Assembly (NCBI GenBank): GCA_025558095.1
Contig: JAIVFI010000017.1
Span: forward strand, 124,001-188,000
Origin: Hyaloraphidium curvatum SAG 235-1
Lineage: Eukaryota; Fungi; Monoblepharomycota
DNA: 64,000 nucleotides
Direction: 5' to 3'
Shown here piece after piece: positions 25,249-38,110 of this stretch. The translations under genes and the position numbers were made by a program. Positions within the stretch are counted from its first letter, which is position 1; every line of letters starts with the position of its first letter. The notes under the pieces are model-generated. The model was not told the origin of the DNA. It ran no database searches and saw only the letters and a program-made list of their open reading frames with translations.

Positions 25249-25980
25249 TCAGATCCTCCAAGGGATCTGGATCAGGTTCTTGGGCGGGTTCATGGTGACG
25301 TGCCCCGTGGGGTTCCACACTTCCGGCTCGTCGTACTGCGACTTGACCTTCGTGTCGTCTAGCTCAATGTCCTGCGTCCCGACCGGGATGCCGAGCCTCG
25401 AGACGGGCTCAAAGACGGCGGACGGGTTCCGCAGCCGGTGCATCGGCCTCTCCTCGATCTGCCGGAACGCGGCCACGTCCGCGGCCCGCTTCAGGAAGAG
25501 CTTCAAGTCCTCGGTGGTCTCCTTCCGGATCACGTCGAGGCCGGACAGGGCCTCCTGCGCCGAGGCCACGGCCTTGCCCACGGGGTGCACCTCCTCGCCG
25601 CCCTTGGTCAGACCGTTGTCGATCTTGTACACGGCATAGGCCGCGGCCACGGCGAGCACGGCGCGGCGCCAGAACGCGGACCCGAAGCCGACGGAGCTCG
25701 CGTACACGGTCTCGTAGCCCGCGTGCTTGGGGTTCGCGTTGGGGTCTGCGGCGGCGGGTCAGCGCCGGCGCGGCGTAGTCGATTCGCACGCACCGCCGTG
25801 GTGGCCGTCGTCGTGGTGATGGTCGTCGTGGTGCGCGTCGTGCGAGGCCGCGGCGTGCCCGTGCCCGTGCGCCGCGGCGGCGGCGGTGCGGGGCGTGGAC
25901 GCGACGCCGCGCAGGGCCGCGCGGTGTACGGCCCCCGCGGAGACCGCCGCGCGGCGGACGGCGGCGCGGATGGGATGCAT
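25249..25980 (-). CDS. mitochondrial protein, probable complex I 17.8 kDa-like accessory subunit (2 exons)
   Basis: Arg/Ala-rich targeting peptide, His-rich linker, single TM (GFGSAFWRRAVLAVAAAYAVYKI), RLRNPSAVFEPVSRLGIPVGTQ. Confidence 0.6.
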
Positions 25981-26069
25981 CGTGGGTGGCGGTCGGCAGA
26001 ACGGACCACCCCCCGCCGCGTTCTGCCCCGAAAAAGCCCTTCTCGCGCACACACCACGCGTCGGAAGCG

Positions 26070-28478
26070 ATGGCCGACGATACCGGCGCCGTGGACGGCG
26101 ATGGAGGGGCTCAGGAGCTCCCCATTCACAATTTCTCGCGTGCGCATCGCGTCCGCCGCCCCTGGAACGCAACTGGAACACCCCTCCATACCCAGCGCTG
26201 GATATTACCGCCGAGGCTCGCAACATGTACGGTCTGCGCCACCAGGACTACCAGCGATACGGGTGCGGCTCGATGGATGTCGGGAACGGCTCCGGACGGT
26301 CCCACTGACGCCGGTGCGCCAGGCAATACTGCACGCGGCGTATCCACAAGCTGCGGAAGTACACAGGCTTCCTGCAGGGCAAGAAGAAGTTTGCCAAGAA
26401 GGCTGTCGAGCCGGCTAACGCGGTGCACGTTCGGTGGGGAGCGCGCCGAAGCCGAGGAGACGAGTTGCTGACCCGCCCCCAGTTCCCTCCACATCGTGCT
26501 GTTCCAAGCCGAGCGGTGCTGGTCGCAGTTCATGCTCCTGAAGCGGGACTCGGCTGCCGAACCGCGAAAGAAGCACCACGCCGTCCGGAAGCTGAAGAAG
26601 GCGTCGCAGTTCGCGGCCTCGCTTAACGAAATCTGCCAGCACCTCTTTGCGGAAAAGGTGGAAATCGAGTCCGAGACGAAGCAAAAGTCTGTGCTCGGCG
26701 AGCGCGCTTCCCTGGAGGCGCAGGCATACGCGGCCACGATGAAGGGCTTCGTGGCTTTCGAGCTGCAGGCATGGGAGTACACCGTGAAGCACCTGACGGA
26801 GGCCCGCGAGATCTACGAGGGGCTCGGAAAGACGGCATCCAACCAGCGGGAGGAACTTTTGGCCCAGGCTGCCATCGATGCCATCGAACCGAACCTCAAG
26901 TACTCGCTCTACAATCTCCGGGTTGCGGACGGCGACGAGTCCGAGGACGTCGGGAAGCTGTTGGAGATGCTTCGCGGTGCTGATGGGCAGAGCGAGATGG
27001 TGCAGGCGAAAGTCCAGGTCGGTCACCGGCCGTTCTGTGGCCGCGGGACCCGGCTGACTTGACCTATGTTCATCGCCCAGACCTTGCTATCCCAAAAGCT
27101 GTCACGGAAGGCGCATGAGATGACTGCTGTCGAGTTCAGGAAGCAGCAGATACCCGTACGGAACGAGAAGCTGCTGCAGGTGATCCTGAGGGCCACCGAG
27201 GCCGAGAAGCTGCTGGAAACGGCGCCGGACTCGGATCCGGCAAACGCGGACGAGAAGCTTCTGCGGAGCTACGAGTCCATCCTGGAAGCCTGGTGGGAAG
27301 CGCAGGCTTTGGCGGAAGGCGACTTGCGGGAGGACGAGGTCCGTGCTGCGCTGTGTGCGAGCCAGCCTAGCTCACGTGGTGCCCCGCAGCTCGCCACGGC
27401 AAAGGTCAAGTCCTCCAAATCGGCGGAAACGACCACGCAGCTCAAGAATGTGCTGTCATACGTCGCCTTCTGCCGCAATATGAGGACGGTAGACCGCGAC
27501 ATGGTTCTCATGCGCGGCCTGGAACGCAAGCTGGCGGCCACCGGCAGTTCGGAGGTTGCCGGAGCAGCGGATAGCACTGGTCGGAAAAAACGGCGGATGC
27601 TGAAGAAAGGCGCGCAATCCGGCCAGCTCGCTGGTGCCGCGCGGCGGGAGGACTTGGTCAATCTCTGGGATTCCATCGTTCAGGTGAGCAGGTCGTGGCG
27701 GCACCGGCCTCCGCCGATCGCTAAAGGAACCGACAGAACTATACGGAGATAAAGAATCTCCCTTTCGTCCAAAACGATGCTGCTTTGCTGACCGTCGTCG
27801 CGGGTCACCTTTCCCTCGCCCGGGCCAACAAGTTGGTTATGGCTGGCGCGATCCGATCCATTCAACGCTAACGTGACCACGATCAGGTGCCTGCAGCTTG
27901 CCACCCTGCAATCCGACGCCGCAGCAGGGCTTGCTTTGCTCGCACGGGCGCTGTCCTTCCTCTCGTCGACGCGGTCAGAGCTCGACTCGGCCCTCAGACG
28001 CGTCGGAAAGCTGCCGACCGCGGAGGAGGACAGGGAAACGATCACGTCGATGAAGGAGCGTCTTGATGAAGTGGAGCGCGCAGTGCGCCTGGAAAGGACT
28101 CGGATCAAGGCCCGCGCCGTCGAGGCGGAGCAGAATGCCGTCGGCAAAGTCTCGCGGCAGATGGCGGACATCAAGCTCGACGGGGCATCCGCGGACTCGG
28201 GCAGCAAGGAGGGGGCTGCAGCGCGTCAACGTCCTCTTATTGATCGGCTCGACACCTTCCCCGACGACCTCGTGCTGGATCCGCGGAATCCCAACCTCGT
28301 GGATTTCCCTCCCCACTTCGTTCCCGTACCGTGCAAGCCTCTCTTCTTCGACCTCGCCGCGGGCCACATAGAATACCCTCTGGAGGCGATCGCCGCGCGG
28401 GGCCGGAAGCAGCTGGATGACGGGAAGAAGGGCATCTCCGGCTGGCTTGGCGGGTGGTTCGGGGCAAAGAAGTCGTAG
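26070..28478 (+). CDS. SRP68: signal recognition particle subunit SRP68 (multi-exon)
   Basis: YGLRHQDYQRYRQYCTRRIHKLRK, LFQAERCWSQFM, IEPNLKYSLYN, FPPHFVPVPCKPLFFDLA, GISGWLGGWFG. Confidence 0.96.
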
Positions 28479-28488
28479 GCGTGTACGC

Positions 28489-28873
28489 CTAGTTCCAATC
28501 GGCAGCCGATGGTAGCTTCTCTTCCGGAGCGGCAGGAACCCGTGCCTGCGATCGCTGCTGTTCCAGCTGGGCGGTGAGCTTCCCTCCCCCCGATGTGACC
28601 CCTCGACTGGCATTCTGTACACGCGCCTTCGCGTGAGAAAAGAATCGCAGCAATGAGAGAACCACTTGCTTCTTTTGCTCTGCGTTCCGCGGCCTCCAAT
28701 CGCGCCTGTCGCTCTGCCTCCGAGGTTGCTGGCGTTGCGGCCGATGCGCCAGCGGCGGGGGCCGATCCCAAAGTCCGTCCCTGCGACGCAGGGGGTGGCA
28801 GCAGCGGGGCCGATTGAGGTGCGCCCCTCGGCGCCGGCGCAGCAGGCTCGCTGGTCGAGAAGCAGTTGCCCAT
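28489..28873 (-). CDS. small N-myristoylated protein, SVIP-like (2 exons, GC-AG intron 28615-28669)
   Basis: MGNCFS acylation signal, [19 protein letters not shown]-like motif, GKLTAQL, ends ...ADWN. Confidence 0.75.
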
Positions 28874-29011
28874 CGTGGCACGGAGTCGGGTCGATCCGCC
28901 CGATCACAAGACCGCGCGATCGGACAAACACGCAGTCCACGCGTCTGGAACCGCAAAGGAAGGCTAGATGCTCGTGATGGGGTGTATTCAACTGTACACG
29001 AGGTTGCCCAC

Positions 29012-30071
29012 TCAACCCTGCTTCTTGGTGCGGATTTTGCGGACTGCAAACGCAGTGTCAGACCGATCGCTGGCAACGCCCCCCCCAAAGACTCACGGTA
29101 GAAGTCGAGCTCGCGGCCCTCCAGGACGTAGCCGTCGGCGCGGCCAGACTGCCCGGGCCTGGAAGCCAGGATCGCGTACAGCCGGCCCGTCGAGAACTGG
29201 TCCTCGACGTGGGGGTCCATCTTCGCGTCCGCCTTCCTCGCCTCGATCTTCCTCTGAACGGAACCCGACTTCTTCACCGCCTCCTCAGTAGCACCCTCGG
29301 CCTGCAGGCATGTCGGCGTGAGCTTCGCAAACGTGCCGGAGAGTTTGACACCCACAGCTTTCTTCGCCGCCTTCTTGCCGATGGGAGTGCCGTAGTGGGC
29401 CTCGTACCACTGACGGAACGGCGTCGCATCGACCTGCACGATGGCACCCTTCACCAGCGTCTTCGTCCGGACGAGCTCGTTGTTCGAGGCGTTGTAGACG
29501 ACATCGATGATCCTGGTCTTGCGGGTGACGCTCTCCGAGCCCCACGAGAAGTTGCCTGGCGATCCAAAACATCAGCTAGGGCTCCGTGCCGTCGACGAGC
29601 CCGACCGACCGGCTTCGAGACGCAGAGCACGGAACTTGAGGTGACCTCCGCGGACCCGGACGACGTGCACGCGCTTGGCGCCGAGCTTGGTGTTGGCGGG
29701 CTGGCGGCCGAGCTCGAACTTCCGCTTCTTCCGGTACTGCGCGCGCTTGGCGCCCTGCAACGTGCCGCCGCAGCGTGAGCGACCCCGCGACTTTGTCCCG
29801 GGTTGACCGAACCCACCGTGTGGCTTCGCTTATGCCGGGAGTCACGGCTGATACCTGAATGCGGGAGCGGAATGCTCGCGATGAGAGGCTGCCCGAATGG
29901 AGAGGCTCAAGGGCCGCCGCGGGCGGCTGGGAGGCTGGGCGTCCGAGACGATGGGCGCGACCGGGCTCATCCTGCCCCGCTGGCCCGCGTCCGGCACGTC
30001 TGCATCGCCCGTGCGAAGGCACCGCCTTCCCCGCTGCCGCCCGCGGCGCCCGAATTGCGACAAGTACCCAT
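29012..30071 (-). CDS. RPS8: 40S ribosomal protein eS8 (multi-exon)
   Basis: [37 protein letters not shown]...[22 protein letters not shown]. Confidence 0.98.
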
Positions 30072-30225
30072 GGCTCTGGCGTTTGGCGAGGAACTGGAGC
30101 TGGCGAAGGGACTGCCGACGGACGCCAGAAAAGACGATGCGGGCTGGGTTCGGATAATGGATTGGTAACATATTCGTCGGGCCGCATCGGCACCGTCGTT
30201 CCGCGCTCCTGCTCAGTTGCCCGCG

Positions 30226-31157
30226 ATGGCTACCGAAGGAATGCTCTCCGGCCCCATCAAGCTCGAGTTTGTGCGTTGAGCCGGACCGCGTTCCGCCCTC
30301 GTTGCCGAGCGATGGCTGACCGGAACTTCACCTCCACGCGTCCTACGCGCGCAGGCCGTCGACATGACGTGCGACCACTGCGGTAGGTTTGCCGAGCCGA
30401 CTGCCCATATCCCCGCTAACCGATGGTTTGTCTCATTAACCTCTTGCGCTGGACTGATGTGCTGGCACCCGCGGGTCGCACTCCCCGACCAACAAAATGC
30501 CCCGCAGCCTCCGCCGTCCGCTCCGCGCTGGACAAGGTCTCCGGCATCTCGAGCCTGGACATCAGCGTGCCCGACAAACGCGTCCTCGTAGAGGGCCGGG
30601 CGGCCCCGTCCCGGGTCCTGTCCGCCATTCTGGGTTCGGGGCGCGCCGCCGTCCTGCGCGGCCAGGATTCGGGAGCTGCCCAGCACCTCGGTGCTGCGGT
30701 CTGCATCTTCGAGCACTACCCGGACTATGAGGGCGGGTGGGCCCAGTATAACAACCGCGGACTCGCCCGGATGGTGCAGATCGACCAGGCGCACTGCCTG
30801 GTGGACGTGTCAGTCGGCCCCGGCCTGGCTCCCGGGGTGTACGACATTGCGGTGCACGAGTTTGGCGATATCAGCGAGGGAAGCTCGTCGACCGGACCGG
30901 CGATGCCCCGGGGATCGGTCGGGAAGATCGAGGTCGGCCACGACGGGACCGGCCAGTTTGTCGGCGAGATGACGACCATGGCCGTGTGGGACATGATCGG
31001 AAGGTCCATGGTGCTGCAGCGTAGCGACGGCACGCAGGGAAAGCGAGATGCGATCTGCGGCGTGATCGCTCGCTCCGCGGGGGCATTCCAGAACACCAAG
31101 GTTGTGTGCTCTTGCTCGGGCCAGACTCTGTGGCAAGAAGCGGCTCCTTCCCTGTAG
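30226..31157 (+). CDS. CCS1: copper chaperone for superoxide dismutase
   Basis: EFAVDMTCDHC (MxCxxC), SOD-like domain (VHEFGDIS, IGRSMV, GVIARSAG), C-terminal VCSCSGQTLW. Confidence 0.95.
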
Positions 31158-31375
31158 ATGGCTCCTGTGCGGTAGATCATTTTCGTGTCGTAGAGCTTTG
31201 TTGTGATGGATCTTGCGCCCGCCCTTTGGACTCGTCATCACCGGCTTCTCCGGCATGCGCGCCTCTCCCCGGATACCCTGATTCGCGCCCACGCGTCACC
31301 GCGTCCTGAGAACATCTTTGCTCTGGCAATCCGTGCGACTGTGAAAAGGGCCCGCGCGCGCCCTGGCGCTACCTG

Positions 31376-34300
31376 ATGGAGTCGCCTGGGAATGCCGCGG
31401 AAGGCTCCGGCCGATCGTCCTTCGTGTCGCGCACGCCGTCGCTCGAAACGGTGCATGCAGACTCATCAGATGAGCTTTCGTACAACGACCACGAGGCAGA
31501 GAAAGCGGTAGCGTCAGGAGTCGCTGCTGACCACACGCCGCGCATAACTCGGCGCTTTCCATTTCTTTCCCCTTCTCCATCCTTCGGACATCGTCACTCG
31601 GACCATTCGCTTCTCTCGCAAGTCTAACGCCGCTCTGGACGCGAAAAACGCGTCGCGAGACTACCTTCAGGGCCCGGAGCACGACGCCTCCCGCGGGGTA
31701 AGGTTCTGCCCGCGCACGCGTCATTTAGCAGGCTCACACACGCGTCCTAGACGGAATCGGAGGAGTCTTGGCAAGACCATGGCGCTTTCATGCCGTTCGG
31801 TCCGGTTGGAGAGGAACTGGAGCCCGATCGGAACGCGTTCTGGGAGAGCATTCTCAATGCAGACAGCTTCGACTCCACCATCGGTCATGCGAGGCTCAAC
31901 CCTACTGCATCAATGCCCGAGCTTCGTCTTCCGAGCGCTTTTGGGCTTCCTGAAACCTACGGCTCCCGTTCTTTCGGTGAAAGAGATGGCAGCGAAACCA
32001 TCGAAGGAGCCGACAGCTTCTCGTCAAGCACGTCGATCAACCACACTCCGGTGCCGATTGTGCATGCAACTCTGACGCAGGACGTTTGCGGGCCGAGCCG
32101 GATCGTGGTGATCGAGAAGCTGCCACTGGAGGCAACGGCGGAGACCATTGGACACATCGCAAGCGTACGTTTCGGTCGAGGAAGCGCATTGACAGAGGCA
32201 CTCATCGTCGTCAGCAGATGTACGGAACGGTGCGAAGGTTGTACAAACCTCGGCAATGGCCCGGCACGGCGATCGTGGTGTTTTTCGACATCCGGCATGC
32301 CGAGGTGCGCGGCATCGCAGGCGTTATTGCCAATATCTGCTGAAATCTCGCATTCAGAGTTGCTGCACCAGATTCGGCGAACATTGGCGGAACGTGATCG
32401 GAACGAGCGACCTCTCGGACTTTGTGGTCCAGGTCTCGTACGGGAGCAAGTCTCTGCTTGCCAACTTCGCCAAAGCAGACCCAGACGAAGTCCCGTTGAT
32501 CATGGAGAACGAGGGAGTGCTTTACGTGCACGAAGATCCCAACATCCCGATCAGGCTGCAGGTGATCATCTCTCCCTCCCTCCCACCAGCTTCACGCTCA
32601 CCTTCCTTTTGCCAGTCTGTTCTGGCTGAGATGGGCGAGATGCGCGGATTTGTTCGGGATGCGGAACGCTACGGCCTGTGGACAATGGTTGACTTCTACG
32701 ATACTCGGGCGGCCGACAGCTGCAGGGTCTACTTCACGAGGCTGGGAATCAAGGCAAGTACCAAACCACGTCCGGGTCTGGCTTGCACAGCATAGCTGAC
32801 GAAACCGCAGACTTCCTTCAAGCCCCCGGTTCTGACTGAGAAGATGGCCGCGACGGTTGCCAATCCGTTCGCAAGCAACACATTCGGTGCCGAACGCCCG
32901 CAGCTCAGGCACTCCATCAGCTTTTCCGATGGCTTTACCAGCATCAACCAGCAACGAACGGGAAGCTCGAGGGCCCGGGACTTGCAGAGGGCCGTGTTCG
33001 AGAGGAAAATGAGCCACGACTCGCAAGCGCTCGGTTTGCGCGGCCTTGGGCTCCAATCTCCGGCAGGCCACGGATTCCCGGGACCAAGCAACGAGTTCCA
33101 CGCGGCTCTGGGAGCTGCGCATCCCGGTTTGGAACGCTCAAACTCGTACAGCGGGTTCCAACAGCCGATCGCTCCGCCCCGAACGCTGGAACGCTCCAAC
33201 TCGTACAGCGGAGACCTCGGCTCATTCCGCAGCGCAACAGGGATGCAGCTGGGCATTCAAGGGGCGGCCGGAAGCCCGACGGACAGCTTTGGCGATCACC
33301 TTGCCGATCCTTTCCAATCTTTGTCCAAATTCCTGGGACCGGACGTGGATCCTCGCAAGCTCAAGGCGCCTCCCAACGCCTTTGGCACTGCGACCGGCCA
33401 GCAGACGTACCCCGTGATGCAGGGCCGGCAGTCGCAATCGCGAAGCCCGCCATCGCGAGGTTGTGCCGAGAACCACTCTGTCCTTCCGCGGACGATTCCT
33501 GTGGTACGAGACGCTGCTCTCCGCCTGTGCTGCTCCAGCTCATTTCTGTGAACACAGAGCAACGTCGTTGACCTTTGGAGCTTGGCTTCCGGCAGGGAGA
33601 AGCGCACTACCATCATGATCCGGAAGTGAGCATATGTTTGAAACAGGGCGTGATGCATGCTCGCTCATTACACTTCGGCAGCATACCCAACAAATACTCC
33701 CAGGCTCAGTTCCTAGACCTGCTGAATGAAACGCACTACGGAGAGTATTCTTTCGTCTACCTTAGGATCGACTACGTGAGCCTGAATGCGTGCTCTGCGT
33801 AGGGCATGGACGTTGACGGTGCTTTGCAGGTGAACAAGTGCAATGTTGGCTACTGCTTCGTGGAGTGCGTGTGTCGGGGTCGCGAAGATGAGCGTCCTAA
33901 CCTGTCGCCAATCGCCAGCTTTCCGGATCCGTCGTCGATCGTGTCGTTTGCGCATCGCATTGTTGGCAAGAAGTGGCCATTGTATCAGGTGCGTTCAGGC
34001 CATCTGTTGCACACCCCTGTCCTTTGCGACTTTCGTTCCGGACGTAGAGCGACAAGCTGGCGACGGTTTCGTGGGCGAACGTGCAGGGGAAGCAAAACCT
34101 CGTCGAGAAGTTCAAGAACAGCTCGGTGATGCAAGAAGACATCCCGGCTGATTTCAAGCCGAAAATCTTCTTCACCGAAGGACCCCTCCGCGGACAGGAA
34201 GAACGTGCGTGAGCACCGATGGTGGAAGATTCGTTTTGACCCGTCAGTTTCGCAGCGTTCCCGGGCCCCTCGACTCCGATCATGAGCTATCCCCACAGGA

Positions 34301-34383
34301 CGCTGGCCCTTTCGAGCCCGACTGAACTGGATGAAGACGAGTACGAGGCTGCTTTCACCAACCATCTTCGCTTGGGCGAATGA
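31376..34383 (+). CDS. MEI2: Mei2-like RNA-binding protein (multi-exon; 5' end approximate)
   Basis: RRM3 TTIMIR.IPNKYSQ, YLRIDYVNKCNVGYCFV, ANVQGKQNLVEKFKNSSVM, PKIFF; degenerate RRM1/2 (VVFFDIRHA, VDFYDTRAA). Confidence 0.9.
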
Positions 34384-34602
34384 TCTGTCACTGAACTTGG
34401 ACGGTTGATCGGATTGCTTGACTCTCGGGGACGCTTGGCATGGGAGGAACGGATGACGAGCATGGCAACGGGGCGGGGAAAGGATGGGCTATACCAGTTA
34501 CCAGTTTGAAGATACTGTACAAGAAATGGGAGTGAAGGTTGGCGGGTGGGCGGAGTTTCCCCGCAGGGCGCTCGGACCGGCACACACCATTGATCAACCT
34601 CG

Positions 34603-37289
34603 ATGCGCGCTGTTGCGATTTTCCCCTTCGATGGGGGCACGTACGGGGGCCTGGGAGATGTCATCTACGCGAGTCTCGAGGTTGGAGACGTCGTCGAGTT
34701 CTCGGAGGGGGGAGACCAGGGTCACGGAAGGGGCGAGTGGGTGTGGGTCACCCACGACGCTGCGCGGATTCAGGGGGCCGCGGGCTTCGTTCCTCTTTCT
34801 TTTCTACGACCGATGAGACCTAAGTTCGAGCACGGGCCTTTCCTGCCCATCGTTCGGCCCTCGTCCTCGTCAGACACGCTGGTGCCAAAGCCGCGGACAG
34901 CACCTCTTTGGGACGCGGTTCCGGGCATCCTGCGGACCTGGTCTGCGGCTCTCAAAGAGATGCTCGTGCGCGGCGATTTGGTCTCCTTCCGAAATCTGCA
35001 TTCGCGCTTCACGACGCTCTTTGACGCGTGGCATGCTGCTGCCGTTGGAGGCGCAGAAGAAGACGCGGATCTAGTGCTGGACACGATCGATGAAGGCAAC
35101 TCCTTGTGTTTATTCCAGGTGCTCAGAAGCAGGGGAGGCATCGTAGCCCCGGGAATCGTGTTGTCGGATAGCGATGTCGGCGTCGATGCGCTCTTTCGTC
35201 TGCACTCGAAACTGGATAACCAGCTGACGGAGGCGCCGCCGCCTCTTGGCATTGCGCAACGCACGGAGGTAGATTCCAAGAGGCTATTGGGATCTCAGGA
35301 CCATCTGTTCATCGACATTCGGGCACGCTTGCGCCCTGCTGCCGGGGAGGCCGTCGAAGTTTCGCTGTGCGTCCTAGATCGGTCGAGAGCCGCGCTCGTC
35401 AGCGACTGGTTTCGCTTCGTGCTGGAATCCACTGGCGACGGCGTACCTGTGCGGGAAAGAACGGAGAGGGTGTTGTTCCCGTGCTTGCAACGATCGAGCG
35501 CAGAAGACTGCGTCGTCCTATGCAGGATCGCCAAATTGAGTAGGTACACGGGAGGAGATGTGGCTCCACCCGATACCAATTCGCTGGCGGGTGATCTGGC
35601 CCGGATGCTGTCTACCACCCGGCAAAAGGACAAGGCAGTGCGGCACGTTCGCGTTTTGTCGGGGTTTGCTCTCCTTGGTCTGAAACGGGTCGCGGATTCG
35701 AGCCTGGGCGCACCGAGCAAGGCTTTCTTCCTGAACGTCATGCCAACTGTCGAGAACAGCTCGGTGTCCGTCAAGTCCATTCTGGGAAATGCCGACACGG
35801 TTGGTTCTGCTTCAGACAGTGAGTGAAGCTGCACCGCTTGTCCGCGTCTTGAGGGTTAAATGCACATAGATTCGGAGCAGCTGGTGTTGGTCAGCAAGTG
35901 GATTGCTGGAGATCTTTCTTCGAGCGAGCCTTCGGTTCCGAAAGTGCTTCCCTGCCTCCACGGACCTGCGTATCTTCCGAAAGATCCGCAAAACTCCATC
36001 TTCATTTACATGCTTGGTCTCCACGGCGCGGGCAGGAATGCGTTCGAGGTGACCGTGGAGGCCCGGACCGTCGACGGACGCACAGTTCCTGGTGCTATTC
36101 GAGCCGGGTTGGGAACTTCGGAAGCTGGACAACGATCGCTTCTCCAAACCGGGTCCCTTCCGCCGCAACTCAACGACGTGTTTCGTGTCGACATTCCGAT
36201 CCATTTGGTGAAACGCGCGCGTGGCTTCCGCCTGCAGTCGCTCGACCTCGGGGCGATCACAGCTCGGGACGGCAAAGAGACACTGCAGGCCGCCGAGGAT
36301 CTTGCAGCGGCGAGGCTGGCGGAATTGAGCGACGCCGTCGATCCTCCCGGGGAGCTGCCTGCCGCGGTCCGCAGTTACTACAGATCCAACGAGGTCCGAT
36401 GGTTTTCGTTGAGCAGGCCCTTCAGGAGGACGTTCATGCCTGCCGGTGGGAGCGGCAACGACGACGTGCTGCAGCTTTGGATCGAGAAGACGGTGTTGAT
36501 CACCAAGGACGCTCTGCCGGGCTGCCTGCCTTTCAGCGAAGGTGGACACCACGAACATGCGGACCGCGCCATTGCATGCTGACTGTTCCGTCTCGCAACC
36601 AGTGGTGTCGACGCGGTCGCGGGAGTACAACCCGATCGAGAACGCTGTCATCGCAATGCGTGCCAAGAACCGCGAGCTGGACGTGAGTTTCTATCCTTTG
36701 CGCATGCGAGGTAGGACGGCATGAATCCTCCTCCGTCTCCGCAGGACCTCCAAACCTCCTTTTCCGCGTGTGCGGTCGACGATCGCTTCTCGGCGGGGGC
36801 TTCAAGCCGCCAGTCTGTGGTCAGCACCTCCACGCAAATGAGTGGCGGCAGCGGCCGGACTCTCCCATCGTCGACTGCGCCTCCCAACCTGGACCGCCTG
36901 ACCTCGACGTTGCACGGGGTCATCCTGTCGCCCGTGAACGGCGGGGTTTCCGTGTACACGAGGTTCTTCTCGCGCGAGGTGGCAGAGATGCATCAGGACC
37001 AGGCGGTCAACCTCGAGATGCTGTCGCGGCTCATGAAAGACCAGGCAAGTCGCTGCATCGATCGCTTTGGGATCTGTGCAGCTGATAAGAGTGACAGCAC
37101 GGTCTGGTCCGGGACTGCCTCGAGCTGCACGGCAAGCTGGTCCCGCCGCCCATGGTGCCATTGCACAACAGCATGGTATCGGGTGCGTCTTTTGCCGTTC
37201 GACAGCCGCATACACGTGCTGACGCTCCCGTCGTCCCTGCAGCCTTCAGGAACATGGTCCTCCCCGAGCCCGTGCCCATCTCTCCGTGA
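34603..37289 (+). CDS. compact DOCK-family Rac/Cdc42 GEF (SH3, DOCK-N, partial DHR-1, DHR-2 lobes B/C)
   Basis: SH3 (AVAIFPF...GEW...GFVPLSFL), YYRSNEVRWFSLSRPF, LWIEKTVLIT, NPIENAV, LHGVILSPVNGG, LHGKLVPPPMVPLHNSM. Confidence 0.82.
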
Positions 37290-37296
37290 CGAGGTG

Positions 37297-37986
37297 TCAC
37301 AGTGAGGCAAACAAACTCGTGACTTGCGGGCGGCGGCGAGCGGTGAGTGACGGCAGCAGAACTGTCACACGCGCGAACTCACCCTCCGGATCGTCGCTGA
37401 TGGAAAGTGCCGTGAAGCCCTTACTATTTTTGCTCTGCCAACGGGACGTGTCAGCGCCCTCCACGCTGCTGACGGGGCTGTAGTTGCCGCGGCGGCCCAC
37501 CTCTTGGCTGGCCCCGCGTTTGAGCAGCTTCTGGACCATTTCTCGGGCGCCGAGCAACGACGCCAGATGTAAAGAGGTATTCTGACCCCCGAAGGTGAGG
37601 TCGATGTCCGCCGAGAGCGTGGCGTCCACGATGGACTCGGCAACGTCGTCCCGTCCGATGAGCATAGCGTACTGCAGCCCCGTCACCGACCCGATCTGTC
37701 CGGGGTGGAGGCATGTCAACGGGAGCACGCCCGAGTCCCAGTGTTCCGCCGCACATATGCCCCGCAGAGCTTGAACGCGTCCGTGGCCACCTCGTCGGGC
37801 CAGGCCAATCCCTGTATCCTCTTTTTCGCCGACGACAGGTCCTTGTGCTCCAGAAGCAGCTCGCGGACGACCTCGAGGTTTCCGTCGCGGATGGCGTTGA
37901 AGTACGACTAGCGGGGCGTGTCGGCGGTGCCGGGGGCGGAGCCGGTGCAGGCAGACGGAAGAAGCACGCACCTCGACGAGGTCCAT
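37297..37986 (-). CDS. small ankyrin-repeat protein (multi-exon)
   Basis: AIRDGNLEVVRELL, TGLQYAMLIG, NTSLHLASLLGAREMVQKLLKRGA, KNSKGFTAL. Confidence 0.85.
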   Translation of the reverse strand: MDLVEVRASSVCLHRLRPRHRRHAPLVVLQRHPRRKPRGRPRAASGAQGPVVGEKEDTGIGLARRGGHGRVQALRGICAAEHWDSGVLPLTCLHPGQIGSVTGLQYAMLIGRDDVAESIVDATLSADIDLTFGGQNTSLHLASLLGAREMVQKLLKRGASQEVGRRGNYSPVSSVEGADTSRWQSKNSKGFTALSISDDPEGEFARVTVLLPSLTARRRPQVTSLFASL

Positions 37987-38110
37987 TGCTGCGCCGGCTG
38001 ACGGTGCGGGTGAGGACTCTTGCTTTGAGGGGTGTTTGGAAGCGCTTCGGCGCGGACGATCACGCGCAGCACACGACCGCGCAGCCGTCCCCGAGCAGCC
38101 GGCGGCCGCG

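Noticed and set aside
25790-25880. His-rich tract as a novel metal-binding module
   Set aside because: His-rich linkers after the presequence are common in complex I accessory subunits
29856-30067. Long first intron of RPS8 as a snoRNA host
   Set aside because: No C/D or convincing H/ACA boxes seen
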